DNA from: Lingula anatina
Lineage: Eukaryota > Animalia > Brachiopoda
Direction: 5' to 3'
DNA length: 64,000 bases
NCBI GenBank assembly: GCA_051362555.1
Contig: CM120646.1
Location: 20,088,001-20,152,000, forward strand
The notes beneath the pieces were generated by a model. It was not told the origin of the DNA. It saw only the letters and a list, made by a program, of their open reading frames with translations, and ran no database searches. Both the position numbers and the translations under genes were made by a program. Of this stretch, positions 1 through 12,890 are shown piece by piece. Positions within the stretch are counted from its first letter, which is position 1; every line of letters starts with the position of its first letter.

Positions 1-3000
1 TGCCAGGCTACCGTATCAAGTCGATGCCAGTCAAGCGCAGCAGGCATCAAGAAGCCTAATGCTGGCCAACCTGCGTCTGAGAGGAGATTTCCTGAAAACA
101 TGAAGAATACCAAGCTTCACATAGTAAGGGAGGATGAATCACCATGGCAACACAGGGCTTCTGGTCTGACAGAAGTACCAAGTTTATTGAGGCCTCATGA
201 AGATAGAGGTCAATATGGAGATACCAACATTTTCTTGACAGACGACCTCCAAGATTCTCAACAGGATATGACCAATCAAAAAGCCTCTCTGGTCAAGAGC
301 GGGATTGTAAAGAAGCCGTCTGTTTGCGCTGGTTATACTTGTTCTCAGCATGTTAAAAGTGATGGCTGTAATACCTCTGGCGCCAGTGATGAATTACGCA
401 GTGATGACAAGACCATATCAAAGCCAAAAGAGGGCCCTACGCACAGGTGTGAGATACCAAGCACCATCTCCACTACAGATCAGAGTTATAACAGGAAACT
501 TGAATTATCTGATTTGATTTACTCAGGCCCAGAAAGAAATATTGATTGTAAATTGGACTCCTCAGATTTGCTACCTAATGTAAACTCTGATCAGAGCCAT
601 GCGGTAGATCTTGAATCAAAAGTCAGTATTTTGAGGGAGGGTAGCTCAGAATCCAGACAGACTTTTAATGAAGAGCCGGAGGAAACTGTAGCTCTTGAAC
701 CAACCATGAGCGATATCAAACTAGTTGAAAACCCCATTAGAACTGAGGCAATGCCAATTTCCGGGGAAGAGTGCCAAAAGGTCACAAGCACTTGTTCATT
801 AGAAAGAAGCAGCAAGTCCGTTTTGCTACAGACATCCTCACAACATGGGGTAGGCATACCTGGAAAGTCAAGGATTATTAGCGAAGATAAGGTATCAAAT
901 GAACAGGTGTCCCAAGGTGTTATGCACTCAGACTCCCGGGGTACACCTGGGGATCAGGTTATGAATCTATCCCAGCATGCAACAGCAGATTTCGGGGTGA
1001 CCCAGCGGGGCTGTTTCTGCTATCTTGCCCAAAATCACACCTCCGTCATAGGAATGCGGGAGATTGTTGCAGAGCGAGGGGCACATCTCTTGTGTGTCAG
1101 TGAGAAGGAACTTTTGAAGCTGGCTAGTAAAACATCCCAAAATGGCAACATGTCTGCTCATAAAACTGTCACCGTAACTACTCAAAGGAATGCACCCAAC
1201 TGTTTATTTGCATACCCTGCCCAGTGTAACTTTTCAGGGAGGAAGTATCCGTTAGTGTGGTTGGATAAAATAAAGAATGGTAAATTAGAACTGACAGAAC
1301 ACCACCCTGGCAACTGGTTCACTGTTTTAGATGCAGCCTCATTTGTGAGCACTTCCAAGTTAGACCTCCAACTGCACAGCCCTGATTTTGTCACCTTGTC
1401 ATTTTACAAAATATTTGGCTTTCCTACTGGTATAGGTAAGATATCTATTTGTAACAAGAAGGAAGCCATGTTGATATGAGATGTAGTGGCTGCTCCAGGA
1501 TATCAATAAGCCCCTGTCTACCTCATCACCTGCTAACTCCCTCCCCCACAAAAAAAAAAGAGAAAAAAGTCCAAATGCACCTTTGTGTATCACTTTTTTC
1601 TCTGTCAACAACTGCACTATTATAGAGAGTGATCAAAAGAGGATTGCCCTAGATACAAAGGCAAGTCATTAGTGCAAATTGCCACAGAATGCTTTCATAT
1701 GTAGTTTGTTTTAATACTAGGAGTGATGTGAAAGGATTTTATTCAGTTCGAGTGGGAAATTAATCAGCTTCATTACAAATAACCAGTTCTAATACTGTTA
1801 GGTTGTTGCTATATATCATCTGTTCATCTGTCTGTCTCTATATTTAGTCCTGTTGAACACTTTCATGGAGGGTTGCCCAGGGCAATGAACTTGGGTAAAA
1901 ACTTGAAAATTTCATCACTTAGAAATTAATTCATATTTTAAAATGCTTGAATTTGACATGACCATATTAGTTGACAAACCTTTCAAAATTATCAAGAGGC
2001 CCATTTTCAAGTTTCATAAAATTTTCAAAGTGAAAAAATAATGCCAGCAGAGAATCGTCTTCCAACAAAAATTTCAAGATCAACTAAATTTTCATGTTTT
2101 TACTGTAACTTGTCGTTGTTTTGTGTTGGCTGTCTGCTTTGGGCTTTCCAGGGCATTTTGTCACAGACTCTTGCCATGGTTCTGGTTTAGCAAAGTAGTT
2201 GGGGTGTTTTAATGTATTGTAGATAGGGTTCTGCTACGTAAAGATGGTGGTATATGCCCATTAGGTGGTGTTATATACACTCCCATGTACAGTTAACTAG
2301 TTTTCAATCACTGCCCATTTTGACAAGAGAGTATTTTGATAACATGGTATATCATCTTAAAAGGATTGCATGTTTATTAACTTAACTTCATGCTGAAATA
2401 ACAGGAATATCATTTGTATATTTTAACGTTAAAAAAAATTAAGTGTGTCTGCAAACTGGATAATGTCAACAAGTTTCTAAAATTACATCTGACATTTTTA
2501 CTCAAGAGGAAGTGAACCCAACACGTGTGTGTATATGTTTTTTATGACATTGTAATTGCTCTGCAGGTACGTTTCAATTACAGAAAGTTGAAAGTCATTC
2601 TGTGCAAGAATTTGTTTTAGCACAGGGCTTGTTTATTGTGCAGTTGTGACAGCCTGTCTTAGAACAAATATTTCTCAGCAGATCTTGATTGCAACCTTTT
2701 GTTATAAGCCATTCATGTCCGTAGACACAGCGCTAGGTGTAGCTTGGTACCTTGAGGCTTATTCCCAATGAAACACTTGTTCCACTTAGATCGATCTAAT
2801 TCTGTGGGGACTCTCACTGATTGCAATCAGATGAACACATTCATGTGTCTCCTACTGAATGCGAGTCATCATCATCATCATTCCTCTTCGTCCCGTGTGG
2901 GACATAAGGTCACTTCTTTCCACTTGGCCCTATCTCTGGCTATGTGCTGGGCCTGTCCCCATGTGAGGTCCCACTGAATGTGAGTAGAATAAAGAAAAGC

Positions 3001-4699
3001 TGGTGATTATACGAATACGTTAGAAACAAGAGACGGCTTGTTTATCTTTTAATCTGAAATCTGATTGCTTTCAGTGAGAGTCCCCAGGGAGTTGGATCAA
3101 TCTGTGTAATACAAAAATTTCATTTATGGTGAGGACATCAATCGGATAAGACAGGCTGCCTGAATTTAGATAAACCTTGTAATAATTTGGTTTTCTAAGA
3201 TATGGTGTTGAGTTAAACCAGTGTAAATGCACTGTTAATTCACCTATGTGAAGTCAAAAGAGTAAACTTGGTTTCTTCAAAGCAAATTTGTACTAAAATG
3301 TATGTTGTAGTGTACATTTATTGATTTTGTAATTTACTATTCATTGGTAAAGTTTATACTAAATTTTTATGGGTTTTCTTTAAGAGCACACGTGGCCATA
3401 GAGTTGGGCATGTGGCTGAGAATGTCTCTCTCACCTGTGTTGCAATTTAATCTGAAATAAACATCTTATATAGTAGATATTTCCTTTCATTGACAGGTTT
3501 GTGTCTTTTAATTCATGCCACGTAAAGATTTTAGCCTTATGAAAGTATATATATAAGCATTAGATGCTCTTGTATGGTAGCTGGGGAGTAGACTGAAACC
3601 CAGGGAAGTGGATATGGGAAATGTACTGGGAAACCTAATGTGGTAGGGATACACAGCATACTGGGAAACCAAGTGTGGTAGAGATAGGCTATAAACTGGG
3701 AAACCAAGTGTGGTAGAAATAGGCAATATGCTGGGAAACCAAGTGTGGTAGAGATAGGCAATATACTGGGAAACCAAGTGTGGTAGAGATAGGCTATAAA
3801 CTGGGAAACCAAGTGTGGTAGAGATAGGCAATATACTGGAAAACCAAGTGGGGTAGAGCCAGGCAATATACTGGGAAACCAAGTGTGGTGGAGATAGGCA
3901 ATATACTGGGAAACCAAGTGTGGTGGAGATAGGCAATATACTGGGAAACTTAGGGTGTTAAAGGTAGGAATTTGAAATGTCATGCCCGTTACCCCTTAAC
4001 ACATGCTCTTCTCAGTGGGTCTTCACTGGCAGAGAGCTGCTGTCACCAAACTGACCCGGTCAGTTATTACATAGTATCTGTATACTATAGGCTTCCTTAT
4101 TTTCTAATGCATCAGTGCAATACCCGGGCAAAACATATTGAAAGCATTATTGGTTCAGAAGTGCAACTGAAAAACCAGTCACAAACAATTAATGCTGTAA
4201 TGGTGATGAATATTTCTCCCATAAAAAAAGTGGTACGCTTCATGTACAGGGGAATCCAGATAATTGGAGCATGTTTGTTTGTTTGTTTGTTCTTCATAAC
4301 AACAACTGCCATTATAATCTTTAAGTTATTTTTCCTTCTTTTTTGTACTTACTACATAAAAGAATTAAAAGAAGATATTTCAATTAATTTGATAACCTGA
4401 AATTTTTCTACATTTCACAATTCATGAATCTGTGAAGATCTATTGAACTTTTAGCAAAAAAGAATTAAAAATCTGATGCAAATTAAGTTTAATTTTGAAG
4501 ATAATGAGTAATCAGTTTAAAGTTGGCATATTAAGTATTAAAAGGGGGTCTTATCCATTTAATATTTGTATCTTTTTATAATGTATGTTGTATACTGTAT
4601 TTTTTATATAGAAAGCCTATAAATGTAAAAACATTCATGTGCTTACTAAATTATTAAGAATTAAGGTTGTTTACAGAATTAATGCAGTCATGATTTAAA

Positions 4700-4730
<31 letters not shown>

Positions 4731-7700
4731 GCCAACAGGTGCTCTCCTGGTCAAGAACACATCTGCCCACACCCTGGACAAGAGATATTTTGGTGGGGGC
4801 ACAGTGGCTATGAATCTACCTGGAGAGAGAACACATGCCAGCAGCCCTGATCTAGCTCAAAGGTTGGTTACACACTGAATTTTTTATATTAATATTACTT
4901 TTCATCTATATCCCTTACTGTACTTATTAAATGATAATGTAGGTAATGTCTTCCTTGTGAGGCCACAAAGTTATTAGGAAAAAGTTAGCACATTATCTCA
5001 ACTGTATGTGCAAAAATTCCTAAAACACTTGTATAGAATGGCTGTTTGTGATCAGTATATGATACACAGTGATGAGTAGACTAGTGGAGATAATTCAGAA
5101 TTGTAGTCATAAATTATCATTGTGGAAGACAACCTAAACCAGTTTTCTCCCTATACAATGTCTACCGGTGTAACAGTAACATGACCAGCGTCTGTTCACT
5201 TCTCCAGACAGAGGACTGGTGTGAGGAATTTGTAGAGGATGTTATTCTACGTTGTAACTCCTCAATTTTTTTTACTTGTTAAAACAGTTGAAACTGAAAA
5301 AAAAAAAATTAGAAAACAGCAAAAAAAAGGAGAACAGACAGTAATTGTCAAAGTACCAGTTTACAAGTTCCTAATTACATTTTTTCTTTCATTTTTTTTC
5401 TCATTGAATTGTTTTGTATATTTTTTTCTTGTTTTGTCTGACAAGTCTTTCTGCCTGCCCTCTCATCAGTATCCTTACTGACTCGTATAATAAGAGAGAG
5501 GAAACTTTGACCTTACATCTTGTTTCAGAATAAAACATGCTTGTTCTTGTCAATTACAATCAGTTTTACAATATAAGTTACCCTGCGAATGGGTTTTACT
5601 TTGAACATTGTAAAATTCCTTTTAATATAGTTGATTGGGACTTCAAAATTTTCCAGATTGAACAGATATTTTAGATTTTCATTACAATTCCACTTAAGAA
5701 AAGAAGCAATAAAAATGTTACATAATCATTATAATAATGTTGTAATAATTAAAATTTTGTAAAACGTCCAAATAGTTAATTGGTTTAAGTCAGAAATACC
5801 CATCACTAAAAAGGTGGCATAAATAAGGAATAATTTAGAAAAATTAAATGACAGGAAGAAATGAGAAGTGATAATTTTGTAGGTAAATACTGTAAGTTAG
5901 GAACTGCTGGGTGAGGAGGAAAATGTGGTCTAATGTTGAGATTGCATTAGGTGTGATGGCATTGCAGTATATTTGTTATAATGATAGTCATAGAAACCCA
6001 TATTTGTATGCACACTGGTAAATTAAAACCAGTACACTTAAACTGAAAACAGTAAGTTGTCAATTTCTTGGGCGAAATAAAGTTGGATTACTTGGTATTT
6101 AGAATATCCTCATAAACTCCTTAATATATAGCAGCTGTATGAGTAAGCTTACAGGGATAATAACTTTTCGTTTGAGATCTATATTTCACAATAAAAACGT
6201 TGTGAACAACTCATAGAAATATAATATCTTCTGTTTTACCTCAAAAACGGCAGTTATAGCTATTATTCTGATATCTGAGCTTGTTTGTAGACCATGTGAC
6301 CTCTATGGATGGCTATACTCTGTTATAATCTCTTAAGAGATTCTAACAAAAAAAAAGAAACTTTTTAGAAAAAAAAACCAGGGACTAACTTTGAATGTAA
6401 AAATGGATTAATTAACCATTAGTAAGTATGGGGAAATTGTTGTTTACTCCAGGAAAATTCATTTAATATTATCCCTTTAACAGCCTTAAATTTGCATCTG
6501 ATAGCAAGAATATGTCAGAAGAATTAACTTGTATAACTCTGATTACTTTCTTGTTTTCTAGATTTGAAGATGGTACTGTCCCATTCCTGGACATTATAGC
6601 CCTAAGACATGGATTTGATGCCTTAGATAAACTAACAGGTACATACTTTACCATTATATGGTCATTTACCCATCATTACTGAGAGCACTGGAGTATCCGA
6701 AACATCAAGATGAGTGGGTAAAAAGATTTTCCAAATTCCTTCTCTCCCTCTGAAGTTATGTTTGTTAAAAATGTGCTGTGCTTTGGGACACTTTGCAGTG
6801 TTTGTATGCATGGGCCTCTGATCATTTATTTTCTGCTGTTTGTCAATGACAGTGGGGTTGGGGTGGAGGAGGTGTGGAAAGCTGAATCCACCATTTTGTT
6901 CTGAAAAAGGAGAAAGAGGAGTGAAAAGATAATTCATACCCATTCTGTTCCTTGGTCTCAGGTGGAATGGACATAGTGTCCAGTCACGTCTTCTCTCTGG
7001 CCAGGTATGTCCACCACCATCTTGGCTCCTATCGCCATGGCAACGGGACCCCAGTTGTCAAGCTCTACTCAGACATGGACTATGAAGATATCGACACACA
7101 GGGCGGGATTGTTAATTTCAATCTCCTCCGAGCTAATGGTGAATATGTGGGATTTGCCGAGGTGAGGCATCCTTTGACCTTACTGCCGTTTATATCCTTA
7201 AAATGGCTGTCTATTCTAATCAAAATTTTGAGTTTGTTTTACATTGCTGTATTGATTTTGATTATCATAAGAATTTTGAAAAACATAATATTTAAAGAAA
7301 TGAAATTGAAATGAATTGACATAAAAATGATAGCACCAAGTCATTTTTCAGGTTAATAAAATGGCTCAGCTGTATAACATAGAGATCAGAACAGGCTGTT
7401 TCTGTAACATTGGTGCTTGTCAGTACTACCTGAACCTGACATCTGCTCAAATAAAGGACAATTACCAGGTGAGCGTGTTATCATCCTAGTATTGGTGCTA
7501 GCAGGACCGACACCATACTAACCTGTCCATAGCAGATATTGAATTTATTTTTGTGTTTGGCATTTATTTTAAAAAAAAACTTTATTAATTTAATTCGTAT
7601 TCATATTCATTGTGATGAAATTACTCAAGTTGAGGCCCTGTCAAAATATTTTTTTTCTAACATAAAGAGAATCAATCATGCATGTATATTTGAAATATGT

Positions 7701-10700
7701 ACACTGGTTTAAAGTTATTTGAAACAAATTTTACTTTCTCAATTCAACTTATAATGTTAAAAACAAATGTTTTGCTTTTTAGTCTGGTCATGTGTGTGGG
7801 GATGACAAAGATCTAATCAATGGAGTCCCTACAGGTAGTGTTCGGATCTCTTTCGGGTACATGTCAACATTTCGTGATGCAAGAAAATTCCTGGACTTCA
7901 TCGAAAATTGCTTTGTTGAGGCTGAACCACAAATGGTGCCAATAAATTGTGGAAGTGGCCATCAGGGGATGTTACGAAATAATAGCAATCCCAGCCAAAA
8001 CGGGGATCTCCCACCAGCAGAATTCTCCCCTTCACTTAACAATCAAAATGAATCTTCAGTAATTGGTGCTACATCTGATTGTGATAGGCTCTATGCGGGT
8101 AAACAAAAAGTATTGGGACAAAATAACGATCAGTCATTTCTCTGTGATAAACCAATTGATAAAACAAAATCTCTAGTCTTTTCTGAGGAAATACCCAAAA
8201 GTCAACCTTTACAGCAAGCAGGGTCAAATTCTACTGCACAGGAACATACAAATGCATCTTATAGGTCAAGTCCCCCTTTACAGGATATTATTGTAAATGA
8301 CAAAGTGCAGTCTAACACTGGCCTGTCCACTGGGGAAAATGAGAAGGACTTATTGGCAACCAAGAGTAGTGTTGAAGACAGACAGCTTGTAGTGCCTGTG
8401 TTGGGTTGCATGGAGATGACTCTGCAATTATCCACCGATACGGAGCAGACAGAAAGGACAAAAAATGAGTCCTCTTCCCCTGACCCAGTATTACTGGCTA
8501 TTTCTGAAAGGAACAGTTCCAGGGTAGAGGCAGTTCCAGATTTCTCAGATGGAGAAGATGGACCCAACAGGATTCTGAAACGTATCTTCTTGTATCCTGT
8601 GAAATCCTGTGCAGCATTTGAGGTTAGACTTTTTTCATTCAGTTGTCAGTAATAAATTTCAACAAATAATTTGACAATGAAAATGTATCAGTCACATATG
8701 GACACATTGGTGTTATTGTCATTCTTCAGAATCTAATATAGTGTCACTATATCCTAAGTGTCCGTAAAGGTGGCACAGGTTACCATAACAACTGTCATTA
8801 AAGATATCATAGGTGTCACAGTACCATAGTCATTGTCCTGATAGTTATTACTGTTATTGTAACAGAACATTGTTACATTGTCATAATCATGGTTGAGGCA
8901 TCACTATCAGATCATTACATACTACCATTATTGTTACTGTCACAGTCTCTATATGATAAAGGCTACGTATACTGTGGTTGCAGGTATCTGAGTGGGAGAT
9001 AGGGCCCAAGGGGTTTCTCTATGACAGGCACTGGATGATTGTATCAGAGAGTGGAGTGTGTCTAAGCCAAAAGAGGGAGACCAAGTTGTGCCTCATTAAA
9101 CCAAAAATTCTGCTCCATGAACAAGTGCTTGTTCTTAATTTTCCAGGTGAGTGTTATTCTGTACCTGGGCTCTTGCTGACAGGCATTTGGTACATATTTA
9201 GTTATGCCATGTGGTTAGTCACTGTGCCATTAGTTTCAGTTAGTTGGCTTACATAAGGGAATATATTATGCGAGTCCTGAAAATGTATTTAAATATACAT
9301 GTGTTGTATAAATTCTCAATTTTAACAGAAAATTTGTTAAGTGTTGTGAAGTGTTGCCTTGTTTGATTTCAGGTCTCCAATCAGTAAGAGTTCCACTCAT
9401 CCAAAGTGACTCCAACACAGTAGACTTGAAAATGTGTCATAGTAAAGTTTGTGGAGACAGGTGAGGCATACCATTATGGTGTAGAGCATATGAGTATTGA
9501 GAACGAGACTGGGATTTAGAAAAAAATCATACAAAGAGTTTATTTGAACACAAAGGATAACTGAAAGTGATGTGTTCTCAGACCAGTTCTATAGAATAAA
9601 TTTTGTGATTACAGGATAAAGCAAATACTCAACTGCAAAATGTAATTTCTTGTATTCTCAATTGTCTCAGAATTGAAGGCCTAGATTGTGGAGAGAAGGC
9701 AGCTCACTGGCTAGCACAGGCTCTGGGAAAACCAGGTTGTCGACTTATACAGCAGTATTCTGAGGACACAAGGACTTCAAAATTACCTCAAGAAGGTAGG
9801 AGTTTCAGTTACTCGTATTACTCTTCTTTTTAAGTGTTTGCATATTATTTCTTAAAAAGTTCTGTTGCAAGAGTGAAAACTTTGTTCATATGGTTAAATG
9901 AATCAAGTAAAATAAAGCTCAACTGGTTGCTTGACCATGCAAACAATTTTGGTGAGTTTTTTAAGGTTGCCAAAATATAATTGGCCCCTAGATTGATTTT
10001 AATTTGCAAATTTCCTTTAAGATGGTGCTGGTGATGCTCAGCTTTCCTTGGCCAATGAGTCCCAGTTTTTACTGATCAACAGAAACAGTGTTTTGGATCT
10101 TATGGACAAGGTTGCAGAGAGAAATCTGTACAGTTTGGACAGTGCAGTAAGAACAACTGAAGTACATGGTAAATCATTGTTGTTAATGATGTCTTGTTTT
10201 TACCTTTTTGACTAAAACTTGGTTTACTATGTCATCTACAACTTGAAATTTGTATAATACTGTTGAAAACCTCTTAAATAATTGAACTAATTCTAAACCC
10301 TGGATCCCTGTAATAAATTTGTAGTTGTCCAGTTAGATTTGTGGGAGTAAAATGCCACATGTTTGTTTTTTAGCAGTTAAACCATGTTTGCCATTTTCCA
10401 CTTCAGATGTTGAAGCTTATGTCTGTCGCTTCCGTGCTAACTTGGTGGTGGATGGAGTAGAAGCTTTCCAAGAAGATGATTGGACAAAAGTTCAAATAGG
10501 GCAGCATGTATTCCTGGTAAAATTTTGATTATTTTCATGTGCATGATTGAGCCTTCAAGAATACCTCATGTTAAGTATTTTCCTTACACATCTTATAATT
10601 TTTTAAGTTAAATAAGAGGAACTTTAAGATCAGATTTAAGAGAGAGATAATGGCCATTCTTTCACAAATACCAAAAAGATATGAATTGTATTTAAAGAAA

Positions 10701-11407
10701 CATGATTTTTTTCTCAGAAGTTCATGTGCGATGGTGATTACACTGTTAATCATTTTGTAATAATTCATCAAAATTGACAAAAATCATATTTTTCTGCTTT
10801 ATGTCAGTACAGTTGACAGCTTTGCTGCTTCTTTTGAAATATGGATTTGCTTTTCATTACCATGGCCATTGACATAAAAACAACACCAAATGATGAGTTT
10901 AAAGAATTTAACATTTGACATAAAAAGTATGTTTTGTCCTCCCTAGAGCCAAGGTTTATGCAGCAGGTGCCAGATGGTTTGTGTGGACCAGAAGACAGGA
11001 AACCGGTCCAAAGAACCTCTGAGGACACTTGCCACATTCAGAGGAAGAAAGGTGTGTAGGCTCATGATGGATATTTAAAAATGTTTCTGTTACATGTATT
11101 ATTTCTTCTTCTTCTTCTTCTTGGTTGTCTGTCGTGTGGCAGGTTTAGCTTCTCCCACTCGATCCATCTCGATCTACAGCCCTTCGTTTGATCTCACCAT
11201 AACTTTCTGTTCTGCTGTTTTCTTTCTTCTTACGCCAGTGGCTGAACATTGCCATTCTCTGCATTCTTTTTGCCTCTTTTACCATTTAACCTTGCTCCTT
11301 TTATTTGTCAGATTCCTTTTGGGATTCATCTGCAGCACCAGCCTAACCAGTACCAAAGTGTCACTGTGAAGATTGGAGACATAGTGTTACCATCAGTGTC
11401 ACTGTGA
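1..11407 (+). CDS. MOCOS: Molybdenum cofactor sulfurase (NifS-like PLP domain + MOSC), 5' end outside window, 13 coding exons seen
   Basis: Exons: 1-1435, 4739-4862, 6562-6638, 6962-7161, 7352-7468, 7783-8622, 8984-9146, 9373-9460, 9671-9795, 10022-10168, 10407-10516, 10947-11051, 11312-11407 (TGA). Motifs: [44 protein letters not shown] (PLP lysine), [77 protein letters not shown]. Frame is open from base 1 and all phases are consistent. Confidence 0.95.
2867..2972 (-). mobile_element. 5'-truncated RTE-like LINE 3' end with (TGA)n tail and 13-bp TSD
   Basis: Minus strand reads ..[29 protein letters not shown] then a tgatgatga tail. Flanked by actgaatgcgagt (2854-2866) and actgaatgtgagt (2973-2985). 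Confidence 0.7.
3591..3960. repeat. 35-bp intronic minisatellite, ~10 copies
   Basis: Unit ctgggaaaccaagtgtggtagagataggcaatata starts at 3626, 3661, 3696, 3731, 3766, 3801, 3836, 3871, 3906, 3941. It explains the repetitive ORFs 3508-3936 and 3537-3983. Confidence 0.95.
6153..6476. mobile_element. Non-autonomous TTAA-targeting DNA transposon (Kolobok-like MITE), copy 1
   Basis: Ends agggataata...tattatccct followed by TTAA. Colinear and highly similar to 31626-31963. Confidence 0.75.
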
Positions 11408-11950
11408 AGATAAGAGACCTAGTGTTACCATCAGTGTCACTGTGAAGATTGGAGACCTAGTGTTACCATCAGTGTCACTGTGAAGATAGGAGACCTAGTG
11501 TTACCATCAATGTCACTGTGAAGATAGGAGACCTAGTGTTACCATCAGTGTCACTGTGAAGATAAGAGACCTAGTGTTACCATCAGTGTCACTGTGAAGA
11601 TTGGAGACCTAGTGTTACCATCAGTGTCACTGTGAAGATAGGAGACCTAGTGTTACCATCAGTGTCACTGTGAAGATTGGAGACCTAGTGTTACCATCAG
11701 TGTCACTGTGAAGATAGGAGACCTAGTGTTACCATCAGTGTCACTGTGAAGATAGGAGACCTAGTGTTACCATCAGTGTCACTGTGAAGATAGGAGACCT
11801 AGTGTTACCATCAGTGTCACTGTGAAGATAGGAGACCTAGTGTTACCATCAGTGTCACTGTGAAGATAGGAGACCTAGTGTTACCATCATTGTCACTGTG
11901 AAGATAGGAGACCTAGTGTTACCATCAGTGTCACTGTGAAGATAGGAGAC
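11357..11950 (+). repeat. 38-bp minisatellite (15 units + 24 bp) starting inside the last MOCOS exon
   Basis: Unit agtgtcactgtgaagataggagacctagtgttaccatc. First unit at 11357, last at 11927 (=11357+15x38). Confidence 0.97.
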
Positions 11951-12158
11951 AGTTTGTTATTCAAAGGCTGATACTATAACTGATACATTGGTGAATAGTG
12001 CTAAGTTCCATAATAACACACACTGAGGAAGTGTGAATTAACTTTGTGAGGTTTAGCTTCCATTTTGTGTAGAAAGTGAAAAGTTTAACTTAGGATCATT
12101 ATGAGAAGACTGAAATAATATATGAAATGTTTAATTTTGAAAATTTTGTGCATAATAT

Positions 12159-12164
12159 AATAAA
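12159..12164 (+). terminator. Probable MOCOS polyadenylation signal
   Basis: AATAAA downstream of the stop and minisatellite, followed by GT/T-rich sequence. Confidence 0.45.
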
Positions 12165-12836
12165 ACATGACTATATAAAATCTCCATCAGTGTTATTTTT
12201 TCTTTGATGACATAATATTATATACAGTGCATAACATTCTTCACGTGAAAATTTCCAATGAATGCATTACAAGGTTTTTGAGACGCCGAGATCCCATGGC
12301 AAAGTTTCAGTTTCATCTTTTCTATCAGAGGTATCAATGACTCGATCCTTTATTAGCTTCCGTGCTAGTAAGATGCTACAGTGACAAGCAACCAGGAATT
12401 GCTACTATGTTTATTTGCATTCTAGACACTGAAAATGAGAAATTACGCGAAGGCAATTGCGACGGTATTAACTCTTGCGGTCGCAAATTGCGATACTAGC
12501 AAGAAAGGCAATAGCGCCGAATCGCAGATTTTGAGATGCTTTCGAACATGCGAGCCCAGGTTTAACTTCCAACGAATGGTGCAACGTGTATGTATGATTT
12601 TAATAAAAGTGCTAGGGCATGTAAACAGAAAAGATATATGTCGTTTGTGCTGTGGTGTGTTAATTTATCTACTTAAAAATTGCGAGACAATATGAAATGC
12701 AATATGAAACTAACTTTTTGTGGCAAAAATGCAACTTTAAAAGAAAATTCTTATCGAAACGCACTGAAAACACCTTGCTCGGTAAAATAAGTGCTTTTTA
12801 CTCTTTATTTCCTATTGACGTTGAGGCAGAGGGTCG

Positions 12837-12837
<1 letters not shown>

Positions 12838-12889
<52 letters not shown>
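12838..12889. repeat. (ATT)n microsatellite
   Basis: Perfect ATT run. Similar runs at 4703-4730 and 21739-21815. Confidence 0.95.

Positions 12890-12890
<1 letters not shown>

Noticed and set aside
3508-3983. 142- and 148-aa repetitive ORFs
   Set aside because: Translations of the intronic 35-bp minisatellite.
11357-11950. CRISPR-like appearance of the 38-bp array (and of the 35-bp array at 3591-3960)
   Set aside because: Units are contiguous with no unique spacers, there are no cas genes, and the context is eukaryotic; these are minisatellites.
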